This document shows, piece after piece, positions 49,072 to 63,115 of a stretch of DNA of 64,000 nt (the first letter of the stretch is position 1; the number at the start of each line of letters is the position of its first letter). The notes beneath the pieces are model-generated. The model was not told where the DNA came from, searched no databases, and worked only from the letters and a program-made list of their open reading frames with translations. Source of the stretch: Gordius albopunctatus (Eukaryota); the NCBI GenBank assembly GCA_964276515.1, contig OZ193909.1:15748001-15812000 (forward strand), read 5' to 3'. Both the position numbers and the translations under genes were made by a program.

Positions 49072-52000
49072 GGTTTTCAGTTGGTGAGGGTAGAGGCTGA
49101 AATCAAAAAGAAATAAATTTAATACTGACATAGATTAAAATTGTTTTTGGCAAATTTTTCACGGTAAATTACGACTATAAAGCTATCCAAGACAACAGAC
49201 TTTTGTCCGATGATGAGATGTGCATTCATTACATATTATATGTTCACTCATTTTAGATCTTAAAGGTATATAAAATTCTTTCGGACATAAAAAATATTGT
49301 AAATTTGGGAAAATATTAGTAAAAAATTTTGAAATCATTAGGATCTAGGTCCATCTTGTATTAAATTATAAAAAGAGATTTTTTAACAACAGCCTCTGGC
49401 TCAAATGGAAAGGATTCATGCTATAACTTGGTGATTCTTACGAAGTTTAAATAATATTTTTACAATAACAAAAACATTCTTACCAATGCCACTTTCTCTT
49501 GAATTTTTGGAATACCCTTCTCCAAAGTGGATAAGCAAGTGCCCATAATTATAAATTTTAATGCTGATAAAAGTTTGGATTTTGTAAAAATAAAAATAGA
49601 TAGGAAACTGGCTTCGCGAACAACAATAATTAATACACTTAATTGACATAACAAATTGAGATAATTTGCATACCCTGCCCCCATATGGATGGATTCTATT
49701 CAGCTGTTTTTAAAATTTAGGTCCCGCTGCTATTTAATCCAGTAAAGTATTTATAAATTTAAAGGTAAAGGTTGTATTTTGTAGCAATTTAACAAAATCT
49801 ACCTTATTTTTAATTTTTTATGGTTTATTTTAAAAGAGTATTATTATCTACTATGTTAAAATGGTATAATCACAAATAACCATGTAAATTGGTAAAATAT
49901 CTGGCAGCATCTAACTAATATTGCTATTAACCTAATACCAATAATGTATGCATAGCTTTAAGAGCCTGTGCAAATAATATTAAACGATAAAAAATAAAAA
50001 TGCTTAAGAGTATTCTTTATTAGTCTTAGTTAATCAAAGCAGCCTCTTTATGCTATATGCGTGTGGCTTACTTACAGACTTAAAGTGTATAAAGACATTG
50101 AATGCATAAAAGCGTACAACAATTTATAATTAACAGCTTTCTACTAAGCTTACAATTTTTAAATCTTACATTTTCGGTTTACAAAAAAAGTGTTATTGTA
50201 GTTATTGTCATATATGTCACATATTGATTCTTTGAAGACGAGCAACGAGAGGCGTGGACTGAATAACAAGTAAGGAAATAGGCTTCTCCAATGACCTCAA
50301 GCATCTCGAACACACGACATAGCGATTGTTAACACCTATATTCAAAAATGCGAAGTTCCTATTGTGACTTATAGAAGTGGGAAGCTTTTAAATCAAATTA
50401 ACTATTTTCTGATGCGGGAACGGATTTATGGAAAGATTTTATAGGAAATTAACACGTCAGGAAACATTGTACACTTGTCATAGATCGTGAAAGACACGTA
50501 TTTTCGGAATTAAAAAAGGTTCATGAACCTCGAATCTATTATTAAAAACTTAAGGATACGTCGACGAACGATAAATATTATCGAAAAGACTTCATACTCT
50601 AGGGTGCCAGAGAGTTGAGAAGGACGTAGACGACGATTGGGGCTACCTGTGGGTCTAAAGGAAACCGCGATTATGTTTTAGATAGACCAAAAGAAGCAAA
50701 CAATGAATGAAGAACTGTGAATGGGATCAATAGATTATGGCAGGAAGAAAATCTTATGAAGACCGTGGCATAAATCAAAAATATCGAAGGAGTATCAATA
50801 ATAAGGAGGCTAAAGAGATACGCGAAGAAGAAGTTGGAATAAATTTTCCGTATAACAACGAGATGGCAAACAAACTAAATCATAAAGCGGTCGACAGGCT
50901 TAAGGTCATTGGAGAAGACTATTGACTTACTTGTTATTCAGTCCATGTCCATAGCGTTCATTATTTCGTATACCCAAAGCGATCTTTCCCTATGTGCGCT
51001 TTGAAGTCCACCTCAAAAATAATTAGCTTTTCTTCCTGTCCTATTTCTTGTAATTTCATTTCAAATGGAATAATATGTTTTTTCTCTGATTCGTTACACA
51101 CATTTTGGGGAGCATACGTACACATAACTACAATAACACTTTTTTTGTAAACCGAAAATGTAAGATTTAAAATTTGTAAGCTTAGTAGAAAGCTGTTAAT
51201 TATAAATTGTTGTACGCTTTTATGCATTCAATGTTTTTATACACTTTATGTCTGTAAGTAAGCCACACGCATATAGCATAAAGAGGCTGCTTTGATTAAC
51301 TAAGACTAATAAAGAATACTCTTAAGCATCTTTATTTTTGATTGTTTAATATTATTTGCACAGGCTCTTAAAGCTATGCATACATTATTGGTATTAGGTT
51401 AATAGCAGTATTAGAGTTAGATGCTGCCAGATATTTTACCAATTTACATGGTTATTTGTGATTATACCATTTTAACATAGTAAATAATAATACTCTTTTA
51501 AAATAAACTATAAAAAATTAAAAATAAGGTAGATTTTGTTAAATTGCTACAAAATACAACCTTTACCTTTAAATTTATAAATACTTTACTGGATTAAATA
51601 GCAGCGGGACCTAAATTTTAAAAACAGCTGAATAGAATCCATCCATATGGGGGCAGGTTATGCAAATTATCTCAATTTGTTATGTCAATTAAGTGTATTT
51701 ATTATTGTTCGTGAAGCCAGTTTGCTATTTATTTTTACAAAATCCAAACTTTTATCAGCATTAAAATTTATAATTATGGGCACTTGCTTATCCACTTTGG
51801 AGAAGGGTATTCCAAAAATTCAAGACAAAGTGGCATTGGAAAGAATGTTTTTGTTATTGTAAAAATATTATTTACATTTCGTAAGAATCACCAATTTATA
51901 GCATGAATCCTTTCCATTTGAGCAAGGGGCTGCTGTTAAAAAATCTCTTTTTATAATTTAATACAGGATGGACCTAGATCCTAATGATTTCAGAATTTTT

Positions 52001-53413
52001 TACTAATTTTTTTTTCAAATTTTACAATATTTTTTATGTCCTAAAAAATTTTATATACCTTTAAGATCTAAAATGAGTGAACATATAATATGTAATGAAT
52101 GCACATCTCATCATCGGACAAAAGTCTGTTGTCTTGGATAGCTTTATAGTCGTAATTTCCAGTGAAAAATTTGCCAAAACAAATTTAATCTATGTCAGTA
52201 TTAAATTTTTCTCTTTTTGATTTCAGCCTCTACCTTCACCAACTGAAAACCTTTTGGGACAAACCCCTGATTGTAGGAGACTCGTGAGAGTAAAGTAAAT
52301 TAACATTGCAAATTAAGCATTATATGAAAACTTTAACTTCATTCTATAAAAGATACTAAAAATGGTTTTTAGTATTACTTTAAAATAATTATAATTTTCA
52401 GTGACAAAATTAAAATTTTAAAAGAGTGAAGTTTATTTACTTGATAATTTATCAAATTGCCCACTGCATGTTTCAATATCTGGCTAGGCTCAGAAAGTCT
52501 TTTAACAGCCATAGGTTCTTCCATATCAAATTGTGTTGACGTTATTTCAACCCCTTTTGAAAAAAAAATTAGTAAAAAATTCTGAAATCATTAGGATCTT
52601 GGTCCATCCTGTATTAAATTATAAAAAGAGATTTTTTAACAGCAGCCCCTTGCTCAAATGGAAAGGATTCATGCTATAAATTGGTGATTCTTACGAAATG
52701 TAAATAATATTTTTACAATAACAAAAACATTCTTTCCAATGCCACTTTGTCTTGAATTTTTGGAATACCTTTCTCCAAAGTGGATAAGCAAGTGCCCATA
52801 ATTATAAATTTTAATGCTGATAAAAGTTTGGATTTTGTAAAAATAAAAATAAATAGCAAACTGGCTTCACGAACAATAATAAATACACTTAATTGACATA
52901 ACAAATTGAGATAATTTGCATAACCTGCCCCCATATGGATGGATTCTATTCAGCTGTTTTTAAAATTTAGGTCCCGCTGCTATTTAATCCAGTAAAGTAT
53001 TTATAAATTTAAAGGTAAAGGTTGTATTTTGTAGCAATTTAACAAAATCTACCTTATTTTAAATTTTTTATAGTTTATTTTAAAAGAGTATTATTATTTA
53101 CTATGTTAAAATGGTATAATCACAAATAACCATGTAAATTGGTAAAATATCTGGCAGCATCTAACTCTAATACTGCTATTAACCTAATACCAATAATGTA
53201 TGCATAGCTTTAAGAGCCTGTGCAAATAATATTAAACAATCAAAAATAAAGATGCTTAAGAGTATTCTTTATTAGTCTTAGTTAATCAAAGCAGCCTCTT
53301 TATGCTATATGCGTGTGGCTTACTTACAGACTTAAAGTGTATAAAAACATTGAATGCATAAAAGCGTACAACAATTTATAATTAACAGCTTTCTACTAAG
53401 CTTACAAATTTTA
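49072..53413. repeat. inverted triplication of beta-catenin intron sequence: arm I 49072-50277 (+), arm II 50926-52556 (-), arm III 52557-53413 (+)
   Basis: All arms match 24107-25920. Repeated ORFs at 25079, 49460, 51647 and 52713 alternate in orientation. The arms include an RTE endonuclease remnant (YAPQ, DFKAHIG). Confidence 0.9.
52441..52556 (-). pseudogene. CTNNB1: beta-catenin exon fragment
   Basis: [38 protein letters not shown] followed by a GT donor. The 5' end is cut at 52556. Confidence 0.9.
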
Positions 53414-53414
53414 A

Positions 53415-53960
53415 TAGTTACTCAATATATGCAAGCATATAATAAATTGTAATGATATATAGTTTTCTATTCAATGCGTTAACATGAAGATGTCTATAGT
53501 GATACTAATACCTATATAATAAGTGAATAAAGGTAACTTTGTGATTAGTTAATGAATATATGCAAGCACATAATACATTGTAATAGTATATAGTTTTATA
53601 TTCAATGCATTACCTTGAAAATATCTTTAGCCATACTAATACCTATATTATAGGTGAATAAACGTAACTTTGTGATTATTTACTCAATATATGCAAGCAT
53701 ATATAAAATTGTAATAATATATAGTTTTCTAATTTAACATAAAGTCTATAGCTATACTAATACCTATATTATAAGTGAATAAAGGTAATTTTGTTATTAG
53801 TTAATGAGTATATGCAATTATATAATAAATTGTAACAAACAATATAATTTTTTTCCAATTTAACACGTCTATAGCCATACTAATAACTATATTATAAATG
53901 TATAAACATAAGTTTGTGCAAGCACATAATAAAATGTAATGCTTTATAGTTTTTTAACAT
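53415..53960. repeat. AT-rich tandem repeat, ~130 bp unit, ~4 copies
   Basis: TATATGCAAGCA...ATACTAATACCTATA...GTGAATAAA recurs at ~53425, 53555, 53686 and 53808. Confidence 0.85.
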
Positions 53961-54281
53961 TTTATTGTGCAATAAAAATAAATAGTGAATTATACAAAAC
54001 AAAATATGGGTCCAAAAAAATTATTCTGAATAAAAGATAAGTTGCAAGATGTAAAAATCAAAATTTTTAAAGAATTTTTAATTGTATTTATTAACCCTGT
54101 GCCTCCCCCTTACGTCCCACCCCCTTACGTGTGTTAAGCAATAACTTATATATACGTCCCCCCACACACATACGCTTAATTTTTACTCCTATTTATGATG
54201 AGTTACGATTTTTAGTCCTTCAAGATATAAATAGTTAAAACGATTTTTATTGCTTATTGCCGGAGAAGTAAAATACTCAAG

Positions 54282-54416
54282 CTTCTTCTTCTTCTTTATC
54301 GTGTTGAAGGTTTTCAGTAGCCTCTTCCATCTGAGTCGCGTAAATGCTATGCCAATTTCCATCTGTTTGACGTCCATATTCTTTTTGACCAGTCGTTTCC
54401 AGGTGGCACGTGGTCT
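54282..54416 (-). mobile_element. RTE LINE extreme 3' end with (AAG)n tail
   Basis: RPRATWKRLVKKNM...RLRWKRL followed by AAGAAGAAGAAG. Confidence 0.75.
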
Positions 54417-55047
54417 GAAATAAAGAAAATAAAAAATAATGATCATCCCCCTATACGAAGATATAAAAAAATATTTTAGTCCCCGATAATTTAGATTTTG
54501 TTTAATTCGCGGGATAATTCTCCGACGTTCGTAGATAGTTTAATAAATAAAATTTTCTGAGTATTGGTGTGAGAAACCCCATAGTATTATAATTTAAAAT
54601 CATATAAGCTGTTTTAGATTTAGCTTGGTTTTATATCGTCCTTTTAAAGTTATTAACAAGCCTAAACTATTTTTTCGTTAAAATCAAGCAGGACCTGATG
54701 ATAACCTAAGACATAAATAATTACATAATTTGGATTCACTATTTTAAAAAATATATAAAAAATAGATTTTAGAATTTATTCACAATTTGTGTGTATGATT
54801 TATTTCTCAGATTCACTAGCTTTTGTGAAGTCGCTAGTGTCTCTTTCATCGGATAGATTATTAGAAATATTATTGGATATAAAGATTAACGGCGAATCCG
54901 AAAAATTATAATACCGCGAGCCGTAACTATAGGAAACAAGACTAGGGATATTATCGATATAATTGAAAATATCAATATCGCGCGAAGCATCATTGTATGA
55001 GGCGAGTAGGGTGCTAATTTGTGAATTCTTTTCACGGACGCGTTTAT

Positions 55048-55380
55048 TTATATAATATAAAATGCGACCTTGATCAATCTGCAAATGATTAATCTCGGTT
55101 TTCCCGTTATCCTACTAATTTTCTTAGTAGGGTTTGCAACAACAGCGTCTTTAAGTGCCCTTATCGTAACAAGACATTCATACTCTTCCCCCGGAGGTTC
55201 ATATTTGTGCTGACGATTAACAGCAATAATACCATTCACTTCCGAGGCTGTTACTGGACAAACTGAATTTCGGCACTTGTAATGAACTTTGTTGGGCATC
55301 CTCCTGTTCTTAACATACAGGTAGGAAGAGTAATAAAGGATTGATCATCCTTTTTGGGATTTAATATAAATGGGAGTTTG
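55048..55380 (-). pseudogene. FLYWCH-like zinc finger, probable Mutator transposase N-terminal remnant
   Basis: HYKCRNSVCPVTA...QHKYEP resembles the WxC..C...HxH pattern. Degenerate. Confidence 0.45.
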
Positions 55381-56749
55381 TTCTAAAAATAAAATTAAAA
55401 TTATTTATATGATATATACCTAGATGAATAGCTTCCATCTGATTGGTAGAATCAACAAAAATTAGTGCATCTTCAATTGATGGACCTTTTAAAATTTAAA
55501 ATAATCATTTTACCACTTGAGGTCATATAACTTATGGTAGATGAAGAAGAGCCTAGAAAACTATAATAACATAGGTGAACTATGAATATACTTGGGCAAG
55601 CAGATTGCCCAATTTTGAGAGGTTCCAGACAATCTTGGAAATTGCACATTTGGCATGGGTGTACCAACAACATATAAAGATGATGCTATAACAATATAAA
55701 CTATGAATCAAGTAAATTCATACTTGTGCAAGCAGAAGCCTAACTTGGGGATTTCCAGGCATAATCAGAATAGATGTTCCAACAACAGGAGATTGCACAA
55801 TTGACAAATTAAAAAGTTTATTGGCAAAATTTGAAATGAACGGTAATAAAATTTATAATTCGAACAATCAAATGATTGGTTTTCGAGTTTATATGTTATG
55901 TCGTACGATCGCAAATTTATTAAGTGTTTTGAGTGGTTTTAAGGATTTTGTCCATTATTTCTTTTGACCAGAAGTTGTGAAGTTTCATGATGGATGGAGA
56001 TTTTTTTAACAATAGGCTACACTTTCTAAACACATGATTAATAAATTAGAATTATTAAATAATTTTTTTGAATTTTTTTTAAAGTAATTTAAATGACGGT
56101 CTAACAACTATTAAATTAATAATATAGGATTCTTAATAATACTTGGATGTTATTACGGAGATTATTTAAAAAGGAAATTGTTATATTAGGTAAACATAAA
56201 TGTAGTTTAATACCCGTTCCATTTTGGTTTCTAATTTATTTGTACAAACTCACCTTGCGCCATAGAACTTTATGTAGCCATACTTTTGATTAAATTGTTT
56301 TGTTAACACTACTCACGACGGATAGTTTAAAACAAAATTTTACAATAGAAAGCTAGGGCGTCCTCCACAAACGGCGCACTGCATACCCCGATCATGCAAT
56401 GTGAAAAATACACTAGGGCTATAGCTAGCTAGCAATTTACCAAAACCTTTATTTAATTTATTATTTTAGGGCCAAACCTGGATATACTGCAATACCAGGT
56501 TAACCCGTAAAAGGAGTTGAGCAAGCTCAGAGCTCCTTCCAAGGACTTATAAATATGGATAATTTTTGGTTCCTCAATGAGGAACTACCATAGATTAAAC
56601 TGATAAGAACAGAACTTTACAGATTATTTATTGAATTAAGAGATTTTCAATTTACAAATGACGAGTTTATATAAATACCTAAGCATAGGTTTACAATTAT
56701 AGTTTATTTTTATTTAATAAGGTTTACAATAACGATTGGTGAGATCAGT

Positions 56750-56990
56750 CATCTTGAGGGATGCCTGAGATATGGTGGACATAGATGTTCCTGGAGAGAT
56801 GGATGACGTCTGCTACTGTTTTGTTTCTTAGACCGATAGCGTCTTGCTTGTTTGGACACAAAAGCCTTATCAATGTTTCGTTTCCAGGATCCGAGTGATC
56901 CAACGAGGATTGGTTGTATTTTAGCCTTTCGCGTAGGGATTGGGCGAGCGCCTGGTATTTTCTTAGCTATAAAAGCCGAGAAGCGATACA
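56750..56990 (-). mobile_element. NeSL/Utopia-like non-LTR 3' end (restriction-like endonuclease tail)
   Basis: Across frameshifts: KYQALA, PILVGSLGSW and SRNIYVHHISG. Confidence 0.65.
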
Positions 56991-57995
56991 GCTGGAAAAA
57001 AGTACGTTTATTATATATCACTAAAATTATGTTCTTTTATGGTAATTTAATATATTATCCTTGAAATCTAACATTTCCATAATTTTTTATAGATTAAAGG
57101 CAATATAATTTTTAAAAAAATGATTTTTATCTAAATAATAATAATATTTGTGCAATTAATAATATTATTTAAAATAATATTATACAGTGGGAGTTTTAAT
57201 AAAAATCAACGTTGTTAGCATCTATATGTTGTTTTATTTTATATACTAAGAGTAAAGAAAGATGCTACTCTATATTGTGTTGGAGGCTCATGTAATTGAA
57301 GCACAAAAAAATGCCTCACGTAGCATAAAAAAACAATGTTTGACGATTGGACGCCTGCAAGCGTTGGTGTTTATTTTTGTTGGGTGAAAATTTTCACTAG
57401 TTGGCCTTTGGTGTTATTGTATTCTCATGGGTGGTGCATGCACATGGGCGTAGCCAGCACCGTTGATAATTTTATTAATATTTTTTAATGCTTTTAATTA
57501 ATAAAATTGGAGCTACAAATGAATAATATCCAAAATCAACATCTCCTCGCCTTAATTTAACGAAAAAATTGCTCATAAGTTGTTGTAATAAGCAAGAGCA
57601 TTTTAATAAAAATTGGATAAAATTACTATTTATTTAATATAAATGGGCGTTTAAATTTAGAGATAAATGTTTGTCAAAATTATTATTATTCAAAAGAGAA
57701 AATTTAATAACAACTGTGCAATACAAAAAGTCTTCCTTCATTGTTTACTCTTAAAATTATAACAGTTGCAAAAATTATAGCGATAAATCATAAATTATTT
57801 CAGCAGCATTATAGATCATTTAATGTTGTGATGTTTTATTTAAATTTTAAAATTATTATCTAAGGGATGTTTTTTATTTCAAATAATGTTTTCTTTTTAT
57901 TTTAATTTATTGATTGGTGTTTATTATTCTTTTGTTAATATTATTAAACAACATTATTTATATATATCTTATTAAAAAATCTCATCACCGGTAGG

Positions 57996-60900
57996 TATAT
58001 GTATGTATGCATGTATGTATGTATTTTCCCCGATGACATTCAAGAGCTTAGCTAAATCGGCAAGCTAAGATTGAGTCCCATCTGACACCTATGCTGTGCA
58101 TCTCGGGCCACGATAACCAAAGGTTACGTGTTCAATTGTTAGTAGGTTAGTGGTTAGTGTATGTATATATATAAATGGAATAGTATGTTAGTAGTCCAAA
58201 TATATATATATATTAGAATGAATACGATATTCTCTTGACAGAGTGATCGGGATGTGGCGCTAGGTAGGACGGAAATTAGTATTTATCTTGTCACGGGAGG
58301 GTACCACTTGGGAAAGTGGGACGAAGAGAAGGTTTTCCACCCCGTCCTGCATTATAGGGAGAAGTGAATTCCAATCGTGATTGAGGGACCTGAGTTGCTG
58401 AAAGGTTTGATAAATCCAGCTTCCTCTGCATTTGAGGGTTCGTAATTGCGGGGGTCTCCAAAAAATAGAACTTAGACATATGTTAATACCACTGCTTCTA
58501 GACTTATGTGCCAGGATGTTCCATTTCCAATAAATTTTTACGTTTTTAATGGGAGGGATTTTACAAAGGGTCCAGAGGTTGACGTTGCGGATTACTTCCG
58601 GGAAGAAAATATTACATACTATCTTTAGCATTTTGTTGAGTTTTGTTTGGGCCGTTCTAAGAGTCGGGCCTTTGAGAGACCATGTTTCACAACCGTAGAG
58701 TAGAATGGGTAAGATAGTGGTTTTGAACATGCGGAAGCGGGTTGGTAGGGCCAGTTTATGCGACTTCCATATAAAGTAGCATGGGTAGAATTTTTTCAGG
58801 GCTTTTCCTATTTTATTCGAGATGTCTAAAAGGGAGTATGTGTCGTAGGAGAGAGTGACTCCAAGATAATTAACTGAATCTGAGATGGGGACTTGAGTAT
58901 TATCAATGAGAACTGGTTTTGATTGCAATGGTAAATGGATTAATAGGATATTGGATTTGTTGGGGTTTATCACTAGACCCGCTTTCTGAGTCTCCATGGT
59001 GAATCTGTCAATAAAGTTCTGAGTTCTGGAGATCGAGTTGGAGACTATGCATAGATCGTCTGCGAATAAGAGGGAAGATATTTTTTGTTCGCCCAAGATG
59101 ATACCGTCAAATGGAAGTGTCGATCTCTTTATTATGAGGTCCATGGCAGTGATGAATATGAGAGGTGAGAGTGGGCACCCCTGCCTAACTCCAGAATTGA
59201 CTAAGATAGGGTTGGACCGGTGGTGCAGATGTATGACGACCACCTTCATGTCTTTATAGAGATAGAAGATAAGTCTAATAATTTTTTTGGGGATACCAAT
59301 GAGGCATAAGGATTCTCATATGTAGAGGTGGGAGAGTGAGTCAAAAGCTTTATGGATGTCAACAAAGGTCAGGATTAAGGGTGTTTTTGCTTTGGAAGAA
59401 ATGTCGATTAGGTTCTTGAGGGTTAGGATGTGTTCAGTAGTTGTTTTGGATTTACGAAAACCCGCCTGGTTGGTCTTTAGGTTATTGTCGATATAAGGGT
59501 AGATCCGTCTGTATATGATTTTTATGAATATTTTAGAGATGTTATTTATTATAGTGATCCCTCTATAGTTGTCCGGGATAGAAGGATCTCCTTTTTTGTA
59601 AATTTTGCTAAGCAAGCCAGTGGACCATGAATGGGGGATGGACTCCTGGGTCCGGATTTTGGAGAAGAGAGAGAGTAGGAGCTTGGATGAAAGTCGGCTG
59701 TAATCTCCTCTCCGTCTGGGGCTTTATGCAGCTTGAGAGATTTTAATGCGGACTTTGTTTCGCCTAGGGTCGGTGGACCATCTTTAATATCAGAGGAGGG
59801 AGGACATTTGAAGTTATAAATAAAGTCTAAGTATATATCAGAGATGGGAAATGGGATTGGTAAGGTCAGGATTGATCGAAAATGTTCTTCCCATACCTTT
59901 GTTTGATTCAAGGAGTCGTTGGGATTGCAATTATTGTTATGTAACAAGTGGTAGTTGTGTTTATTGGAGAATTTCGTGGTTAGAGTTTTTAGTATTTTAA
60001 ACAAGCAATGGGTGTTGTTAGAACGCACAGCTTGTTCGGCGTCATTTAATTGTTAGAGATGAAATTTTTCTTGTCTTTCTTGATGCTGGCTTTTATCTTC
60101 TTCGTAAGTGTTTTAATCCAAAGTTTATCTTGATTCTAGCAGAGTAATTGTTTCTTCCGAGAACCAGGATTTGGTATTGACGTGTAATTGTTTGTCGTGC
60201 CTGGGGGTAAAAAACTTTGTTAATAAGGTGTTATTCTCGTTGATCGGGAGCGTATCTAAGTTGTCAAGTAGGTTAACATCTGATTGAAGTCTAGTGGGTA
60301 GCTGAGCAGTGTCTTTTATTAAACGTGAGCTGGGTGGGCAGTTTTGAATACTTTTGAATGAGTGGAGGGCGGCTGGTTTAATAAAGATTTCAGCCGCAAT
60401 GACGAAGTGGTCAGTCTTTATGATTGGTTGGGTGGTGCGAAAGTTTTTGATAATTCTGCGGTGTTTTAATTGGCATAAGATATGGACTATTTGGGTACCG
60501 CTTGTTTTTCGTTTTTTTGGTAGGTAATTAGACTGTCAAGGGGGAGATCGGTGAAGGTTGAAGAAACCATAAATTTGCGTTTGGTGCACCATTTTTTAAG
60601 CATTTTGCCATTTCTATTGGTCGGTCCAATAGAGTTGGGTCCTATGCAGGAGGGGTTGTCATTGGCGTTACGTGTTAGAGAGGAATTGAAGTCTCCTAAA
60701 ATTATTTTTATACTTTTAAAGTTTAGATTCATTTCGTGTTGTATGTTAAGGAAGAAGTTTTCCGCAGAGATAAAGTTTTTTGAGGAAGGGGGAGCATAGA
60801 CATTGAAAATAGAAAGGATTCGGTTTTTAATAAATAAGTGGGCTATGATCAGGCGGTTGTTGACATAGTTAATACTTTTAAGTTTCAGCGTTTTTTTAAT

Positions 60901-61310
60901 GAAAATACCGACCCCTGATGCGGGTTCATCTCCTCGTTCTGAGGCGTAAAAATGGTAATCATTAACGTGGACTTTTTTACACTGGGAATATCTGGTCTGC
61001 TGAACGCAGAAAATTTGAAAGTTGTTAAGGGCAGCGAAGGTTGTAAGTGACTGTAAAATCCCAGGGTCGTTCAGCGATTGGACATTCAGGGAAGCTATGT
61101 TAAGCCGCATAGTTGAGGAATTATAGTAGGACTCGTTTTTTAAGTAGAAAGTATAATTTCTATCCTAGTAGAGATGAGAGCACGGAGTTGGTTGTTTCTA
61201 ATTTGTTAGGACCAGAGGGTTTAAAGATTTTTTTAAGCGACGGGGGATATAAGGCTGTTAAATGAAGACAATTCTTTAAAGGATATTTAGTAAGACGCCT
61301 AAATCCCCTT
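57996..61310 (-). mobile_element. near full-length single-ORF LINE (APE + RT, RTE-like), frameshifted, 12-bp TSD
   Basis: APE motifs SLNV, NVYAP, LGDFN and TDH. RT motifs NYRGI, QAGFR, KAFD, GVRQGCPLSP, FADD and YLG. (ATAC)n tail at 57996-58024. ATCACCGGTAGG at 57984-57995 and 61311-61322. Confidence 0.93.
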
Positions 61311-62399
61311 ATCACCGGTAGGCGGGCAACCATTTTCCTGTGTAACCAATATTTTTTCGTTTTTATATTATACTCGAGGAGTTATAATATAACCAAACGA
61401 TAATTATTATATAGAAAAATTAATGGGAACTAATTTTTTAGGTAATCTCCTTAATAATTGTTACAGTGTTCATTTTAGGGACTAATCACTCTAAAATTGT
61501 CAATAAATCTTTCAAAGACATTTTTAAAAAATAAAAATCACACATGTTATTATATTCGAAAATGTATCAAAAGTTTAGTAAAAAAAATTTCAAACGAAAA
61601 CAATTAAAGGTAAATTTATTTTAAGTGTCTACTAAAGTTGATATAGATTCAAAGAGAAAAAATTCTTAATTTAATTAAAGCTACGAAGGCGGAAATGTTT
61701 TATTTTAAAAAAAAATCGTATGAAAATGAAAGGTATGCAACAATAAGGTAATTTTTTGTCGTTTACATCAAACGTGTACTGTTAAAGAGAATATTCAATT
61801 AACATTCTAGTTTTGGAACTATTAAATTTAATCTGTATTCCTAAAATTTGGAAAAATTTTGCCAATAAAATGATCCATTGCCACACTAAAAATTTCAACC
61901 TGATCAACATTGTACAAACACTTATTTTTCACAAACTTTTAAACAAAGGATAAAAATGTTTATGGTCTGGCCACAAAGAGTATTATTATTTTCTTATGAT
62001 ATTTTGCAGGTAAACTTTAGTTATTGGATGCCTTATTCATCAATTGTTGAGGTTAGGCCAGCTTGATTTCAAACATTCAAACGTTTATGCATTGGGATAT
62101 GAAGGGGGGGGGAAGCGCGGACTTTTAAATTCCTTTTATAATAAAATTAATGAAATATTCAAAAAATAAAATAAGTAAAATAGCCGCTTAATAATAACTA
62201 TTACTTTTTATTCATAAATGAACTTTTTTTCAATATGTACACAAGCTTAAATTCTTAAATCATTTTATTCCTATTAAAGAGAAAAAGGTAAAAAACTTAA
62301 TTCCCAACATTAATAATATTACCTAAAAAAACCTTTTAAGGAAAGTGGTAAAACGTCCTAAAAACAATAAAATTGTATATATAAAGTAAGAATCAACAA

Positions 62400-63115
62400 A
62401 TTCGGTGGTGACTTCCAGGATTCAATTCAATATCCAAGTTTGCTTGACTCTGATCGTTTATGGTAATTTGTAAACAGGCCCTCAATTTCGACAAACCAGA
62501 TGCGGATTTAAACTATTAACGGAGGATAATTATAAAAAAACATGGCATTTTTAGATTTAATTTATACATCATCGACCGGACTGGTATTCATGGCGGGTGA
62601 CCAATTTAGAGGGTGATTAAAAAGAGAGGAGAGGGATTAGAGGAGAGAGCTTCTTCTGCTATACATTTAAAAGGTGGAGAGATAAAATAATTATTCTAAT
62701 TAGAACACATTTGAATAGTTGTATAAAGACTAATTTGAATACATTATTAAGGCTCATCTTTTAATTATTCATAATTTAATATATTAATCTCATTTATTTT
62801 GAATGATATTTATCATTGATATCTATTCAAATTTATTTTAACCGATCTATTGGAATATATTCTCCCCAGCGTTGTCCGCTGTAGTAACTGCTGTAAGGCT
62901 TCGGTCTGCACTCTCTGTGCTTCGGCTTGTCTTGCTAGGGCGTTTACGGCCGATTCCTGCATGGTGGCTATTCTAGCCAGTAACCCCTCTACAACGTTGT
63001 CATTACCTGTTCCCGATCTTAAGGTTGTGTTCCCAGTGGGAGGTGAAGTCATCGAGGTTTCTGGAGTTATCAAAAAGAAACTATTATGGAGGTCTTGGGA
63101 CCTAGTATTAACCAT
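62400..63115 (-). pseudogene. possible Ty3/gypsy gag N-terminal remnants
   Basis: MVNTRSQ-type start with a Q/A-rich helix (62813-63115). WFVEIEGLF at ~62480-62510 resembles gag WFxQxExxF. Confidence 0.45.

Noticed and set aside
49416..52934. Repeated 71-84 aa ORFs [17 protein letters not shown]... as a small membrane-protein family
   Set aside because: They are read-throughs of duplicated AT-rich intron sequence. Only the MGTC portion has exon-like support.
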